Shown here piece after piece: positions 8,946 through 18,409 of a stretch of DNA of 64,000 nt (its first letter is position 1; the number at the start of each line of letters is the position of its first letter). This stretch comes from Nitrososphaeria archaeon (GTDB lineage Archaea > Thermoproteota > Nitrososphaeria > JACIWG01): positions 2,366-66,365 of the forward strand of contig JBMFNX010000004.1 in the NCBI GenBank assembly GCA_049969935.1, written 5' to 3'. The notes beneath the pieces were generated by a model, which searched no databases, was not told the DNA's origin, and saw nothing but the letters and a program-made list of their open reading frames with translations. The translations under genes and the position numbers were made by a program.

Positions 8946-9731
8946 ATGATGGACTGTAGGAACGTTTGTAGGATAGTATGTATTGGGAATGAACTTCTTA
9001 TAGGAGAAGTTGTTAATACTAATGCAACATATATTGCCAGGAATCTGAATAGAAGAGGATATTTTGTAGACAGAATATTATGCATTAGAGACGAATATGA
9101 TGAAATTTCATGGTCAATCAATGAAGCGATGAAGGATGGTGTTAATTACCTGTTTTTGACTGGTGGACTGGGGCCAACATATGATGATATAACAATGGAG
9201 AGTGTGGCGAAAACTCTGGGGCTAGAGCTTGTCCTCCATCCTGAAACATTGAGAAAGCTGGAGGAACGTGCTAAGGCAAGAGGACACCCTTTAGCTGAAG
9301 CAAGCAAGAAGATGGCTTACGTGCCAAAAGAGGGTAGGATAATACCTAACAGTAGGGGTGTAGCACCAGGTGTTGACATTAGCGTAAATGGGCTTAGAAT
9401 ATTCATATTACCTGGAGTACCCTCAGAAATGAAGAGTATGATAAGAGAGTATGTTCTTAAAGTATTACCTAACCTTGGAAAATATTATGAGAAAAAGTTG
9501 GTGGTTGAAGGTGTAGGCGAATCATGGCTTGCTGACACCGTAAAAGAGATTGCGAAAAAGTATACGGACATATATTTGAAGACGCATCCGAGACCATATA
9601 GGGGAAAATATAGGCTAATAGTGCACATATACGTTAGAAATACACAGTCGCCTGAGGCAATAGAGCATGTGAAGGATGCAGTAAAGGTGATTGAGCAAAA
9701 GTTTGGACAGTATTTGAAGAATATAAAATAG
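8946..9731 (+). CDS. CinA-like / molybdopterin-binding (MoCF biosynthesis) domain protein
   Basis: IGNELL, GGLGPTYDDIT signature of the MoaB/MogA-CinA N-domain fold; 261 aa. Confidence 0.6.
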   Translation: MMDCRNVCRIVCIGNELLIGEVVNTNATYIARNLNRRGYFVDRILCIRDEYDEISWSINEAMKDGVNYLFLTGGLGPTYDDITMESVAKTLGLELVLHPETLRKLEERAKARGHPLAEASKKMAYVPKEGRIIPNSRGVAPGVDISVNGLRIFILPGVPSEMKSMIREYVLKVLPNLGKYYEKKLVVEGVGESWLADTVKEIAKKYTDIYLKTHPRPYRGKYRLIVHIYVRNTQSPEAIEHVKDAVKVIEQKFGQYLKNIK

Positions 9732-9775
9732 TTTCTAAAAACTTTATATGAATCTTTAAGGTTTCGGAATAGAAT

Positions 9776-10534
9776 ATGTATATAATATTTTTAACTGGAA
9801 CAGCTGGTTCAGGAAAATCTACTCTCACATCAGTTTTAAAGAAATGGTATGAGGAAAGAGAATCTTATGCTATAACATTAAACTTGGACCCAGGCGCTAT
9901 TAAGCTTCCCTATGAACCTGATGTCGACATACGACAGTACATTGACGTTCAAGAAATAATGGAAGAATATGAGCTTGGGCCAAATGGTGCCATGGTCGCC
10001 GCATCAGACCTTATAGCAGTAAACTTGGAAAAGGTTAAAGAGGAAATTGAAGAATATAAGGCTGACTATGTTATAGTCGATACACCTGGACAGCTTGAAC
10101 TATTTGCTTTCAGAGAAAGCGGACCCTATGTTGCACATAACCTGAGTGGAGAAAACAGGGTTGTACTTTTCCTATTCGACTTTACCATATCATCAACACC
10201 ATTCAATTTTCTTTCCACAGCCCTATTATATAATTCGCTAAAGCTTAGATTGAACCTACCACAAATACCCGTGCTAACAAAGATTGACATGAACCGTAGA
10301 ATGGCTAAAAAGATCATGGACTGGTGCACAGACCCACATGCTCTAGAAAAGGATATTCTGATGGAAAAGGAGGGAGAAAGATATCTTTTGGCTACCGAAA
10401 TATTTAGAGCATTTTCAAGACTCTCACTAATACCTGTACCAGTACCTGTTTCATCAATAACATGGGATGGGATGCTAAATCTTGGTTCAGCAATAGCGAA
10501 CATCCTAAGAGGGGGGGAAGAGTATAGTGAATAG
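9776..10534 (+). CDS. GPN-loop GTPase
   Basis: P-loop GTAGSGKST, diagnostic GPNGA motif, DTPGQLE; 252 aa. Confidence 0.8.
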   Translation: MYIIFLTGTAGSGKSTLTSVLKKWYEERESYAITLNLDPGAIKLPYEPDVDIRQYIDVQEIMEEYELGPNGAMVAASDLIAVNLEKVKEEIEEYKADYVIVDTPGQLELFAFRESGPYVAHNLSGENRVVLFLFDFTISSTPFNFLSTALLYNSLKLRLNLPQIPVLTKIDMNRRMAKKIMDWCTDPHALEKDILMEKEGERYLLATEIFRAFSRLSLIPVPVPVSSITWDGMLNLGSAIANILRGGEEYSE

Positions 10535-10635
10535 CAGTTCAAATAAAACGTTATTAATGTTTAATGAAAAATTTTATATTTTAAAACCAAATAATTTATT
10601 TATTAATCTTTGATGGGTTATGGTAAGGACCCTGT

Positions 10636-11493
10636 TTGGAGCCGGCAACAAAAATTCTAGAGATAACAGAGAATATACAGCAGCTCTTTAATAGAAAAAG
10701 GGGGCTTGTAAGCGAATTTAATAGACTAAAAAGTAGACTGGAAGAGTTAAGCGAAAATATAAAGTTTAATAAAAGAAAACTAAATGATCTTTTTCTAAAA
10801 AGGGAAGAATTGGACAAACGTTTCAATGAACTTGTTGACGAAAAGAAAAAGCTTATTGAGGAAAAGAACGAGATAAGAAGTGCATTAAATAAAAAGCTTT
10901 CATCTTTCAGAGAATCAGGTAAAAAGGTGAGTTTAGAGGAGATAACTAACCTAGAAAAAAGGCTTGAGAGTATAGAGTGGAAGCTTCAGACTGAGCCGAA
11001 GGCTAAGGGTATGGAGCTAAAATATGCTGAGGAAGCTGATAGGTTAAGGAGAGAGTTGGCTAAAAAGAAGAAGGCGCTTGAGACAGATAATGAGATAAAA
11101 AGGTTAAAGGATGAACTTGAAGCACATGATAGGAAAATTGATGAAATAAACAATCAAATTGATGAAGTGAAAAAGAATATAGATGGTTTAAAGAATGAAA
11201 TAAGGCAGGTTAAGGAAGTGCTTAGCACATACATTAACCAAGAAAAAGAGTATTATGATAACATTACATTACTTCAGAGCGAGATTGAAAAGGTTCAATC
11301 TGAAATCAATAAACTAAGTGCACAGAAAAAAGAAGTCGCTTACAAGATTAGAGAGAAAGAGAATGCAGCATATAATAGGCTTCTAGCAAAAAGAAAACAG
11401 GAGGTTAAAGAGGAGATAAGGAAGAAGCTGGAGAGGGGAGAGAGTCTAACTTTCCAGGAACTACAGCTACTCTATGAAGACGAGAACGAATAA
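10636..11493 (+). CDS. Archaeal coiled-coil protein (Lys/Glu-rich, COG1340-like?)
   Basis: Heptad-rich K/E/L sequence throughout; no enzymatic motifs; start codon uncertain. Confidence 0.4.
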   Translation: MEPATKILEITENIQQLFNRKRGLVSEFNRLKSRLEELSENIKFNKRKLNDLFLKREELDKRFNELVDEKKKLIEEKNEIRSALNKKLSSFRESGKKVSLEEITNLEKRLESIEWKLQTEPKAKGMELKYAEEADRLRRELAKKKKALETDNEIKRLKDELEAHDRKIDEINNQIDEVKKNIDGLKNEIRQVKEVLSTYINQEKEYYDNITLLQSEIEKVQSEINKLSAQKKEVAYKIREKENAAYNRLLAKRKQEVKEEIRKKLERGESLTFQELQLLYEDENE

Positions 11494-11537
11494 TTTTTGG
11501 GAAAAAAATATATTTTGCCTTACACAGATCTTTTTAT

Positions 11538-12074
11538 GTGAAAAGATATAGACTGGATAAAGGATACGTGCATATTATTACTGGAGAAGGGCCTGGTAAG
11601 ACGACATCAGCCTTTGGAATTGCAGCAAGAGCGCTTGGAAGAGGGTTAAAGGTCTGTGTCATACAGTTTTTGAAAAGGAAGATTTCGGGTGAAATCCTTT
11701 TTTTTAGAAAATGCTCAAAAAATATTGTTATCAAACAGTTTGGAACAGCATCTTTTGTTAGAAAGGGCATTGTTGGACCGGAGGATATAAAACTTGCAGA
11801 AATGGGATTAGATTATGCAAAAAGGCAGGTTATGTCAGGCAAATTTGATCTAGTTATTTTGGATGAAATAAATGTGGCATTATATTTTGGCCTCTTAAAG
11901 GTTGAGGACGTGATATCATTAATAAATTCGCGACCAAAAAATGTGGAGCTAATTTTGACTGGAAGAAACGCGCCTCAAGAATTATTTGATTATGCAGACT
12001 ATTTGATTAAAATAGAGGCAATAAAGCATCCATTTGTTAGGGGAGAGGCAGCTCGAAAGGGTATAGAATTTTAG
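11538..12074 (+). CDS. Cob(I)alamin/cob(I)yrinic acid a,c-diamide adenosyltransferase (CobA/CobO family)
   Basis: ITGEGPGKTTSAFGIAARALG P-loop, VIQFLK, DLVILDEIN Walker B; 178 aa. Confidence 0.75.
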   Translation: MKRYRLDKGYVHIITGEGPGKTTSAFGIAARALGRGLKVCVIQFLKRKISGEILFFRKCSKNIVIKQFGTASFVRKGIVGPEDIKLAEMGLDYAKRQVMSGKFDLVILDEINVALYFGLLKVEDVISLINSRPKNVELILTGRNAPQELFDYADYLIKIEAIKHPFVRGEAARKGIEF

Positions 12075-12130
12075 ATTCTCCTGCAAACCTTACGTTTTTA
12101 AAGTTTTTAATTTAAGATAACGTATCTTGT

Positions 12131-13285
12131 TTGATGGCAGCAAATAGACGTGAAGGGTTACTGGTACTATGTGTGGACAGAGATAATGACCTATATCATA
12201 AGACTGGAATTTCTTCGCCAATAATTGGGAGAAGTGAATGCTTGAAGGCTGCAGAATCGCTTGCAATAGCTGATCCCGAAGAAGCTGATGCGAACGCAAT
12301 ATTTGCAGCTATAAAAGAATATGATAACCTTATTTCAAAAGGAGTTAAGGCTGAGATCGCGATTGTGACTGGAACATTTGAAGGAGGTATTGAAGCTGAC
12401 ATGAAGATAAGACGTGAAATGAGCATGATTCTAGAACGTTATAAAATAGAGGGTGTAATCTTTGTCAGCGATGGTGTCGAAGACGAGATCCTGGTTCCAG
12501 TAATACAGTCCCTCGCGCCGATTGTATCCGTTAAAAGAATTGTTATAAAGCATAGTGGGAGTGTCGAAGAATCTTATATGATTATTGGAAGATATCTTAA
12601 GATGCTTGTATTTGATCCAAGATATTCAAAATACTTTCTTGGATTACCTGGAATATTTCTATTAATATTTGCCACATTAATCTACTTTAACTTGGTTTCA
12701 GAGGCTTTGATAGGAGCCCTCTTCTTTCTAGGAATAATTTTTATTATTAGAGGATTTGGTGTAGATAAGACTGTTGGACAGGTTAGGAGGCTAACACCCT
12801 CAAGCTATATAAGAATCTTTTCAATTTTCGGAATGCTTATAATGTTTGTTATAGCATTTTATAGGGGATTTGTAGGCTTAGGCAATACTCTAGAATTTAA
12901 GACTGTAATCTTGGATCCATCACAGCTTCTAGAGAAGCTTCCTTTCCTCTTGGGAGTCTTTATAGAAAATGCTCTACTGTTCATATGGTCTGGTGCTGGA
13001 ATATATTATGTTGGACACATACTTTATTCTCTCATAAGAGGTACAGTGTATAGGGTTTTCAGGTACACGGTTGGAATTGTAACACTTGTACTACTCTATT
13101 TTCCATTTCTGGAACTTTCTCAGGTTCTAAAAGACCCTAATAGGAACCCGTTTTCAGTTGTTTCAACAATCTTAATAGGCTTGTCACTACTTTTTGTTCT
13201 AATCTCCTTCACATATATTAGGGTGAGTGAGAAGAGGAAGAGATCAGATGTTAAGGAAGATTCTGGAAATAGTGGGAGTTTATAA
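12131..13285 (+). CDS. Membrane protein, DUF373-like (soluble N-domain plus multi-TM C-domain)
   Basis: About 170-aa soluble N-terminal domain followed by 5-6 hydrophobic helices; TTG at 12131, likely true start ATG at 12134. Confidence 0.4.
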   Translation: MMAANRREGLLVLCVDRDNDLYHKTGISSPIIGRSECLKAAESLAIADPEEADANAIFAAIKEYDNLISKGVKAEIAIVTGTFEGGIEADMKIRREMSMILERYKIEGVIFVSDGVEDEILVPVIQSLAPIVSVKRIVIKHSGSVEESYMIIGRYLKMLVFDPRYSKYFLGLPGIFLLIFATLIYFNLVSEALIGALFFLGIIFIIRGFGVDKTVGQVRRLTPSSYIRIFSIFGMLIMFVIAFYRGFVGLGNTLEFKTVILDPSQLLEKLPFLLGVFIENALLFIWSGAGIYYVGHILYSLIRGTVYRVFRYTVGIVTLVLLYFPFLELSQVLKDPNRNPFSVVSTILIGLSLLFVLISFTYIRVSEKRKRSDVKEDSGNSGSL

Positions 13286-14030
13286 GGTTTACGAGTACTG
13301 GTTAAGTAAGCAGATATATGGAAAACCTGTGCCATCACATGTAGGACTAATATTGGATGGAAATAGGAGGTGGGCGGCTACAAGAGGATTACCTCCACAT
13401 GTCGGCCACGAGTTTGGAGCAAAAGTCGCTGAAAAGGTTTTGAAGTGGGCCAAAAGTTTAGGAATAAAGACCATGACATTGTACGTGCTTTCCACAGAGA
13501 ATTTGAAAAGAGACCCTGTCGAAGTTGAACACATAATATCTTTGACTGAAGAGTATATTTCAAAGATAAGAGATAGTAGAGAGGTTCATGAAAACAGGGT
13601 TAAGATCAAGTTTATTGGCAAGATTGAACTCCTTCCTGAAAAGATACAGAAGCTAATAAGAGAGGCTGAGGAAGCTACAAAAGAATATGATTCATTTTTC
13701 TTGAACATAGCCATGGCATATGGTGGAAGGCAGGAGATCGTAGACATGGTTAAGAGTGTGGCAAAGGATGTATTAGAGTCAAAGATAAAGGTAGAGGATA
13801 TAGATCAGCAGTTGATTTCAAGATACCTTTACACTTCACATCTTCCAAATCCTGAACCGGACATGATCATAAGAACTTCTGGAGAGGAAAGGTTAAGCGG
13901 ATTTCTTCTATGGCAGAGCGCATACAGTGAGCTCATATTTTTTGACGTTTACTGGCCTGATTTTAGAAAAATTGATTTGATGAGGGCAATAAGAATCTAT
14001 CAGAAGAGGAGTAGAAGGTTTGGGCTATGA
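13227..14030 (+). CDS. uppS: Undecaprenyl/polyprenyl diphosphate synthase (cis-prenyltransferase, UppS family)
   Basis: HVGLILDGNRRWA signature, ..YVLSTENLKR.., C-terminal RF(G) motif; real start probably internal Met (about 13248). Confidence 0.8.
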   Translation: MRRGRDQMLRKILEIVGVYKVYEYWLSKQIYGKPVPSHVGLILDGNRRWAATRGLPPHVGHEFGAKVAEKVLKWAKSLGIKTMTLYVLSTENLKRDPVEVEHIISLTEEYISKIRDSREVHENRVKIKFIGKIELLPEKIQKLIREAEEATKEYDSFFLNIAMAYGGRQEIVDMVKSVAKDVLESKIKVEDIDQQLISRYLYTSHLPNPEPDMIIRTSGEERLSGFLLWQSAYSELIFFDVYWPDFRKIDLMRAIRIYQKRSRRFGL

Positions 14031-15017
14031 AAAAATCTTCTTGAGACGCCACAGTTCGTCAACTGGACTTTTTTTGACAACAACATTTCTTTCCCTTCTA
14101 GCAATAAGCCGTTCACCTTTACTAAAGTAGCCTATACTGGAAACTTTTACACCATTCTTTTCTAACTCTTCTTTCACATAAATTTCACCTTTAGGGTCCA
14201 CTGCCATCAATAATACACCTGAACTGATCAGCTTTAGCGGGTCCACATTTAATATTCTACAAATTTTTTTAGTCTCTTCTGCAACAGGAATCTTTTCAGC
14301 GTAAACTTTAAAGCCAAGGTTTGAGGCAACACTCATTTCATATATTCCTCCAACCACGCCACCTTCAGTGGGATCATGCATTGCATGAACATATCCTGTT
14401 GAAAAGGCTGTTTCAGCTTCTTTTACAACACTAATTTCTTTAATCATGTTTAAAGCATTCTTTAAAGTCCCACTGTCTATACTGGTAAGATGGTTCATGT
14501 ATTCTCTTGCAAGTATACTTGTACCTTCTAGGCCAGCACATTTAGTCATCATGATCACATCACCTTCCACAGCATTTCTTGCTGTAACATACTTTTCTGC
14601 GAAAGTGAATGCTGTTACAACAAGAATAGTGTTCTCGATTCCTTTGACGACTTCACTGTGGCCGCCTACAACCATAATATCCAATAGCTTGCACGCCTCA
14701 TCCACGTCCTTAGAAATCTTCTTTATCGAAGAAGGTTTTTCATGATCTGATAAGAGTATAACGTTTACAACAAATTTTGGCCTATTACCGCTTGTTGCAA
14801 CATCGTTCGCGTTCACGTTAATCGCATACCATCCAATATCTTTTGAAACACCAGTTATGGGGTCAGTTGAAACTATCATAAACTTGTTCGAGCACCTTAT
14901 TACAGCAAAATCGACACCTATGCCAGCTGACTCTACAACATCTTCATGCCTAACTCCAAAGTATGGGAAAACATATTTTTTTAACAGGTTTTCACCAAGT
15001 TTACCGTATGTTTTCAC
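14025..15017 (-). CDS. AIR synthase-related (PurM superfamily) protein, ThiL/HypE-like
   Basis: GVDFAVI...MIVSTDPITG pattern (ThiL GDDAAV...TTD..VEGVHF), Gly-rich ATP-binding segments; 330 aa. Confidence 0.5.
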   Translation of the reverse strand: MKTYGKLGENLLKKYVFPYFGVRHEDVVESAGIGVDFAVIRCSNKFMIVSTDPITGVSKDIGWYAINVNANDVATSGNRPKFVVNVILLSDHEKPSSIKKISKDVDEACKLLDIMVVGGHSEVVKGIENTILVVTAFTFAEKYVTARNAVEGDVIMMTKCAGLEGTSILAREYMNHLTSIDSGTLKNALNMIKEISVVKEAETAFSTGYVHAMHDPTEGGVVGGIYEMSVASNLGFKVYAEKIPVAEETKKICRILNVDPLKLISSGVLLMAVDPKGEIYVKEELEKNGVKVSSIGYFSKGERLIARRERNVVVKKSPVDELWRLKKIFS

Positions 15018-15089
15018 ATTATATGCTATAAAGTATAATGGTTTTAACCTTTATATTATAAATTTACTCAGCCAAAGAGATGTTGGAAA

Positions 15090-16109
15090 ATGACCTGCAC
15101 AGTTATAGTAGGAGGATTTTTTGGAGACGAGGGAAAGGGTAAGATAATGTCATACCTTTCCCTAAAGGACAATCCGAAGATAGCGGTGAGAGGGGGAGTA
15201 GGCCCGAACGCTGGACATACAGTAGTGTTTGAGGGAAAAGAGTTTAAGCTGAGAATGCTTCCAAGCGCCATAATAAATAAGAGTACACAGCTTATGATTG
15301 GACCGGGTGTACTTGTAGACCCGAACGTTCTATTAAGGGAGATTGAAACCTTCAGCGCCCACGATAGGGTTAAGGTTGACAGACAATGTGGAGTTATAGA
15401 AGAAAAACATATTGAAATGGATAGAGCGGACGCTTATTTAAAGGGCAAGATAGGTACTACTGGAACAGGATGCGGTCCAGCAAATGTTGACAGAGTAAAA
15501 AGAGTTGGCAAAGTTTGCAGGGACATTGAGTCGCTTTCGAAGTATGTTGACGATGTACCATTTTTGGTTAACGAGGCAATCGCTAGGGGGGAGACGGTGC
15601 ATGTTGAGGGAACACAGGGAACATTCATTTCACTATTTCATGGAACATATCCGTTTGTTACTTCTAAGGATGTGACTGCTTCAGCAATATGCTCGGATGT
15701 GGGAATAGGGCCAAAGGTTGTGGACGATGTCATCGTAGTATTCAAGGCTTACGTTACAAGGGTTGGGGGAGGAGACTTGCCTGGAGAACTGCCTCCCGAA
15801 GAGGCTGAAAAAAGAGGGTGGCTTGAGAAGGCTACTGTCACTGGCAGAGTTAGGAGGAGTGCGCCATTCAACTTTGATTTGGCGAAGAGGGCTGTAATGT
15901 TAAATTCTGCAACACAGATTGCTATAACAAAATTTGATGTACTCTTCCCCCAGGCAAAAAATTTGCGTGAATTTTCTAGGCTACCTAGTGAGGCTAAAGA
16001 GATGATTGACAGAATAGAGGATGCTACAGGAGTTCCTGTAACCATAATAAGTACGGGAGCTGAGGCTGAGGCGACAATAGATAGGAGAAAGGAGCTAGGT
16101 TTTCTTTAA
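15090..16109 (+). CDS. purA: Adenylosuccinate synthetase (short archaeal form)
   Basis: GGFFGDEGKGK P-loop-like motif, GPNAGHTV, GTTGTGCGP; 339 aa. Confidence 0.85.
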   Translation: MTCTVIVGGFFGDEGKGKIMSYLSLKDNPKIAVRGGVGPNAGHTVVFEGKEFKLRMLPSAIINKSTQLMIGPGVLVDPNVLLREIETFSAHDRVKVDRQCGVIEEKHIEMDRADAYLKGKIGTTGTGCGPANVDRVKRVGKVCRDIESLSKYVDDVPFLVNEAIARGETVHVEGTQGTFISLFHGTYPFVTSKDVTASAICSDVGIGPKVVDDVIVVFKAYVTRVGGGDLPGELPPEEAEKRGWLEKATVTGRVRRSAPFNFDLAKRAVMLNSATQIAITKFDVLFPQAKNLREFSRLPSEAKEMIDRIEDATGVPVTIISTGAEAEATIDRRKELGFL

Positions 16110-17311
16110 ACTGCTTCCCACATTTTATGGTATAAACCGAACTCTTTGAAGGCCTCGCATGCAGCTCTAATGTTTTCTAATGGAACCTTTAAAGCTATAG
16201 TATCGCATGGGTCAATCCATCCAGCAATAAGGCCTCCGTTAAACCTTCCTAGGCAGTCGACAATCTTTTTGGCTTCAAACCTAATATTTTCATTTGAACT
16301 GTATATTGTTGTTTGATTATCAACACATGTTAGAAAACATATTTTTCCACCAAAATTTTCTCCCAAAAAAGGTAAAGTGAATAGTGATGTTGGTTGAGGA
16401 ATGTTAATCACATCCAAACCTACATCAATAAAATCTTCAATAATAGGGTGAATTTTTTCATCAGAATGTAATATTGCATGCATACCATACTTTGTCAAAA
16501 AGAACTTTGTATCTTGGCTTAAAAAATTGTCTAAATACGTTTGGGGAAACAAAGAGGCCTGCTGTGAAACGTTCTGTCCGAGCATTAACTTCCGTAACGC
16601 CTTCATCCTTCCCTCCTCTTTTCATGGGAGGGCTTTCGCCGTGAACGGTTGAAGACGGCACATCCCTCTAGTGCTCTAACCCCACATATCGCCCACAAGA
16701 GGGCATCGGGCTTTCTTCCCCCTATCCAGAGATCCCATGGAATTAATAAACTTAACGCGGGCTAGAAGCAGTTTCACACCCCAGTCATCAGTAAAAAATA
16801 TACCTTCAACATCAAGTTCACCCCATTGCTTGACAAGGTTCTCTTGCACTTCAAGAACATTGTCAGCCAAGACAGACACCTTTTCAGGATATTTGTAGAG
16901 GTCTAGTAGAAGATTTTTAAAGCCTCTCAAAAAATGCATCCTCTCAAAGAGTGTGAAGGGTACACTTCCAACCAAATACTTGTCCTTAAAAACTTGATCG
17001 CCATTAGAAGTTTTTAAAACAATTTTAAGCTTAGGAAACTCGTAGACGTCTAAATTTCTCCAATCTTTCAGAGGGTGACCAGTAACCATCTCCATTGTCC
17101 TCCATTCATTAACTGAAGGAATGGACCAATAGCAACCCCATTCATCTAAGCCTGAAATTCCATGATATGGATCCCATGATCTAGCATATTTGCCGACAAA
17201 ATTTGCTTGGACCTCAAGCACATCACTTTCATTTAGCTCAGTAAACCATAGTGGAACACGTTCTGGACCATTAAATTTTATGGTATCGATAACAATATTT
17301 CGACCGCCCAT
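16106..17311 (-). pseudogene. Uroporphyrinogen-decarboxylase-like (URO-D/MtaA family) gene interrupted by in-frame TAG (16676-16678) and TGA (16622-16624)
   Basis: N-part (16676-17311) aligns to URO-D through IFFTDDWG; C-part (16106-16606) aligns to the URO-D C-terminal third. Both are in the same frame, separated by two stops inside a GC-rich hairpin-rich roughly 110-nt segment. Confidence 0.5.
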
Positions 17312-17343
17312 ATAATCGCATCACTTTAGACAAATATTATTGT

Positions 17344-18333
17344 TTATTTTCTATAAAATTTTCTGGTTCCACTTCTAATCCTATTTACTACCGATTTTGT
17401 AAGCTTAAAATTATTTTCTTTCAAACACAATATGATTGCACCTTCAATTGTGGTTGGACTGGGTTTCTTTACTAAAGCTTTTGGCAGAAAGTGTTTGACA
17501 TAACGTCTAAAATATTGCCATACTATTGGCCCAGACCTGAACACGCCACCAGCACATCCAACGGTGACCTTAGAGGATTCCATTCCCAACTTTTTTGCAA
17601 CAGAATATGCTAGAAGGGCAAGTTCTTCACCAGCACTTTCAATAATCTTCTTAGCAACCCTGTCACCCATTTGATAGGCTTTAACAACAATTGGCGCAAG
17701 TGATGCAATCTTAGTCTTTCCAGTGTCTTCATAAATCTTTTCAATAAAGTCATCGAATTCTTTCACACCAAAGCCTTCCATAAAAAGCTTCAACAGAATC
17801 GTTCTTTCACATAGGCCGTCATAGGATTTTACAGCCATGGTAAGACCCTCTTTTGCAATAAAGTATGCGCTACCACCATCGCTAACAAGCCATTCCCAGC
17901 CGCCTGACCTAGCAGCATCACCCTTCACATTTACTCCATAGGCTATTGAACCAGTACCAGAAATAACGACAATACCCGGATAACCATAGGTCACGGTATA
18001 ATATGCTGTCACATGATCTCCTACAATAATCGGTTTCTTAACCACATTCAATTCGCTTAAAAGCTTTGTGAAAACTTCAAAATCCTTTTTAGTGTCTAGA
18101 GCTGCTACACCAAAACAGCCTGAATCTAGAACATGCTCTTCTATACCAGACGAGTTAAAAGCACTTTTTATTGATGTAAGCAAGTTTTCTTTAACATCTT
18201 TAAAGCTCATAACATGATGACTGCTTGGGCCTGAAAAACCCATACCGAAAACATTACCTCTTGAATCAAATATTGCGGAAACAGTATTTGATGCTCCACA
18301 TTCGACAGCCAAAAAGATATTAGAGTATTTCAA
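17344..18333 (-). CDS. BadF/BadG/BcrA/BcrD-type ATPase, N-acetylglucosamine/sugar kinase family
   Basis: ASKHA-fold motifs: GTGSIAYG, SGGWEWLVSDGGSAYFIA, CAGGVF; 329 aa; paralog of 22077-23051. Confidence 0.65.
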   Translation of the reverse strand: MKYSNIFLAVECGASNTVSAIFDSRGNVFGMGFSGPSSHHVMSFKDVKENLLTSIKSAFNSSGIEEHVLDSGCFGVAALDTKKDFEVFTKLLSELNVVKKPIIVGDHVTAYYTVTYGYPGIVVISGTGSIAYGVNVKGDAARSGGWEWLVSDGGSAYFIAKEGLTMAVKSYDGLCERTILLKLFMEGFGVKEFDDFIEKIYEDTGKTKIASLAPIVVKAYQMGDRVAKKIIESAGEELALLAYSVAKKLGMESSKVTVGCAGGVFRSGPIVWQYFRRYVKHFLPKALVKKPSPTTIEGAIILCLKENNFKLTKSVVNRIRSGTRKFYRK

Positions 18334-18409
18334 TTTAATTGTCCACCATCAATTTGTTAAAAAATTTTATAATAAAAATTTTTATTTCAAAAATTTAGTA
18401 GTCTTTCCC

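Noticed and set aside
10636-11493. Coiled-coil protein as ESCRT-III/CdvB homolog
   Set aside because: Only generic K/E-rich heptad pattern; no ESCRT-III charge asymmetry or MIM-like C-terminus discernible; left as generic coiled-coil protein
11690-11702. T8 homopolymer inside the cobA-like gene as a possible slippage/frameshift site
   Set aside because: Reading frame is intact across it and the encoded ILFF fits the family alignment
16622-16624. In-frame TGA inside the URO-D-like gene as a possible selenocysteine codon
   Set aside because: A second in-frame stop (TAG) lies 54 nt away, no SECIS-like element is evident, and the lineage is not known to use Sec; pseudogene/insert explanation preferred
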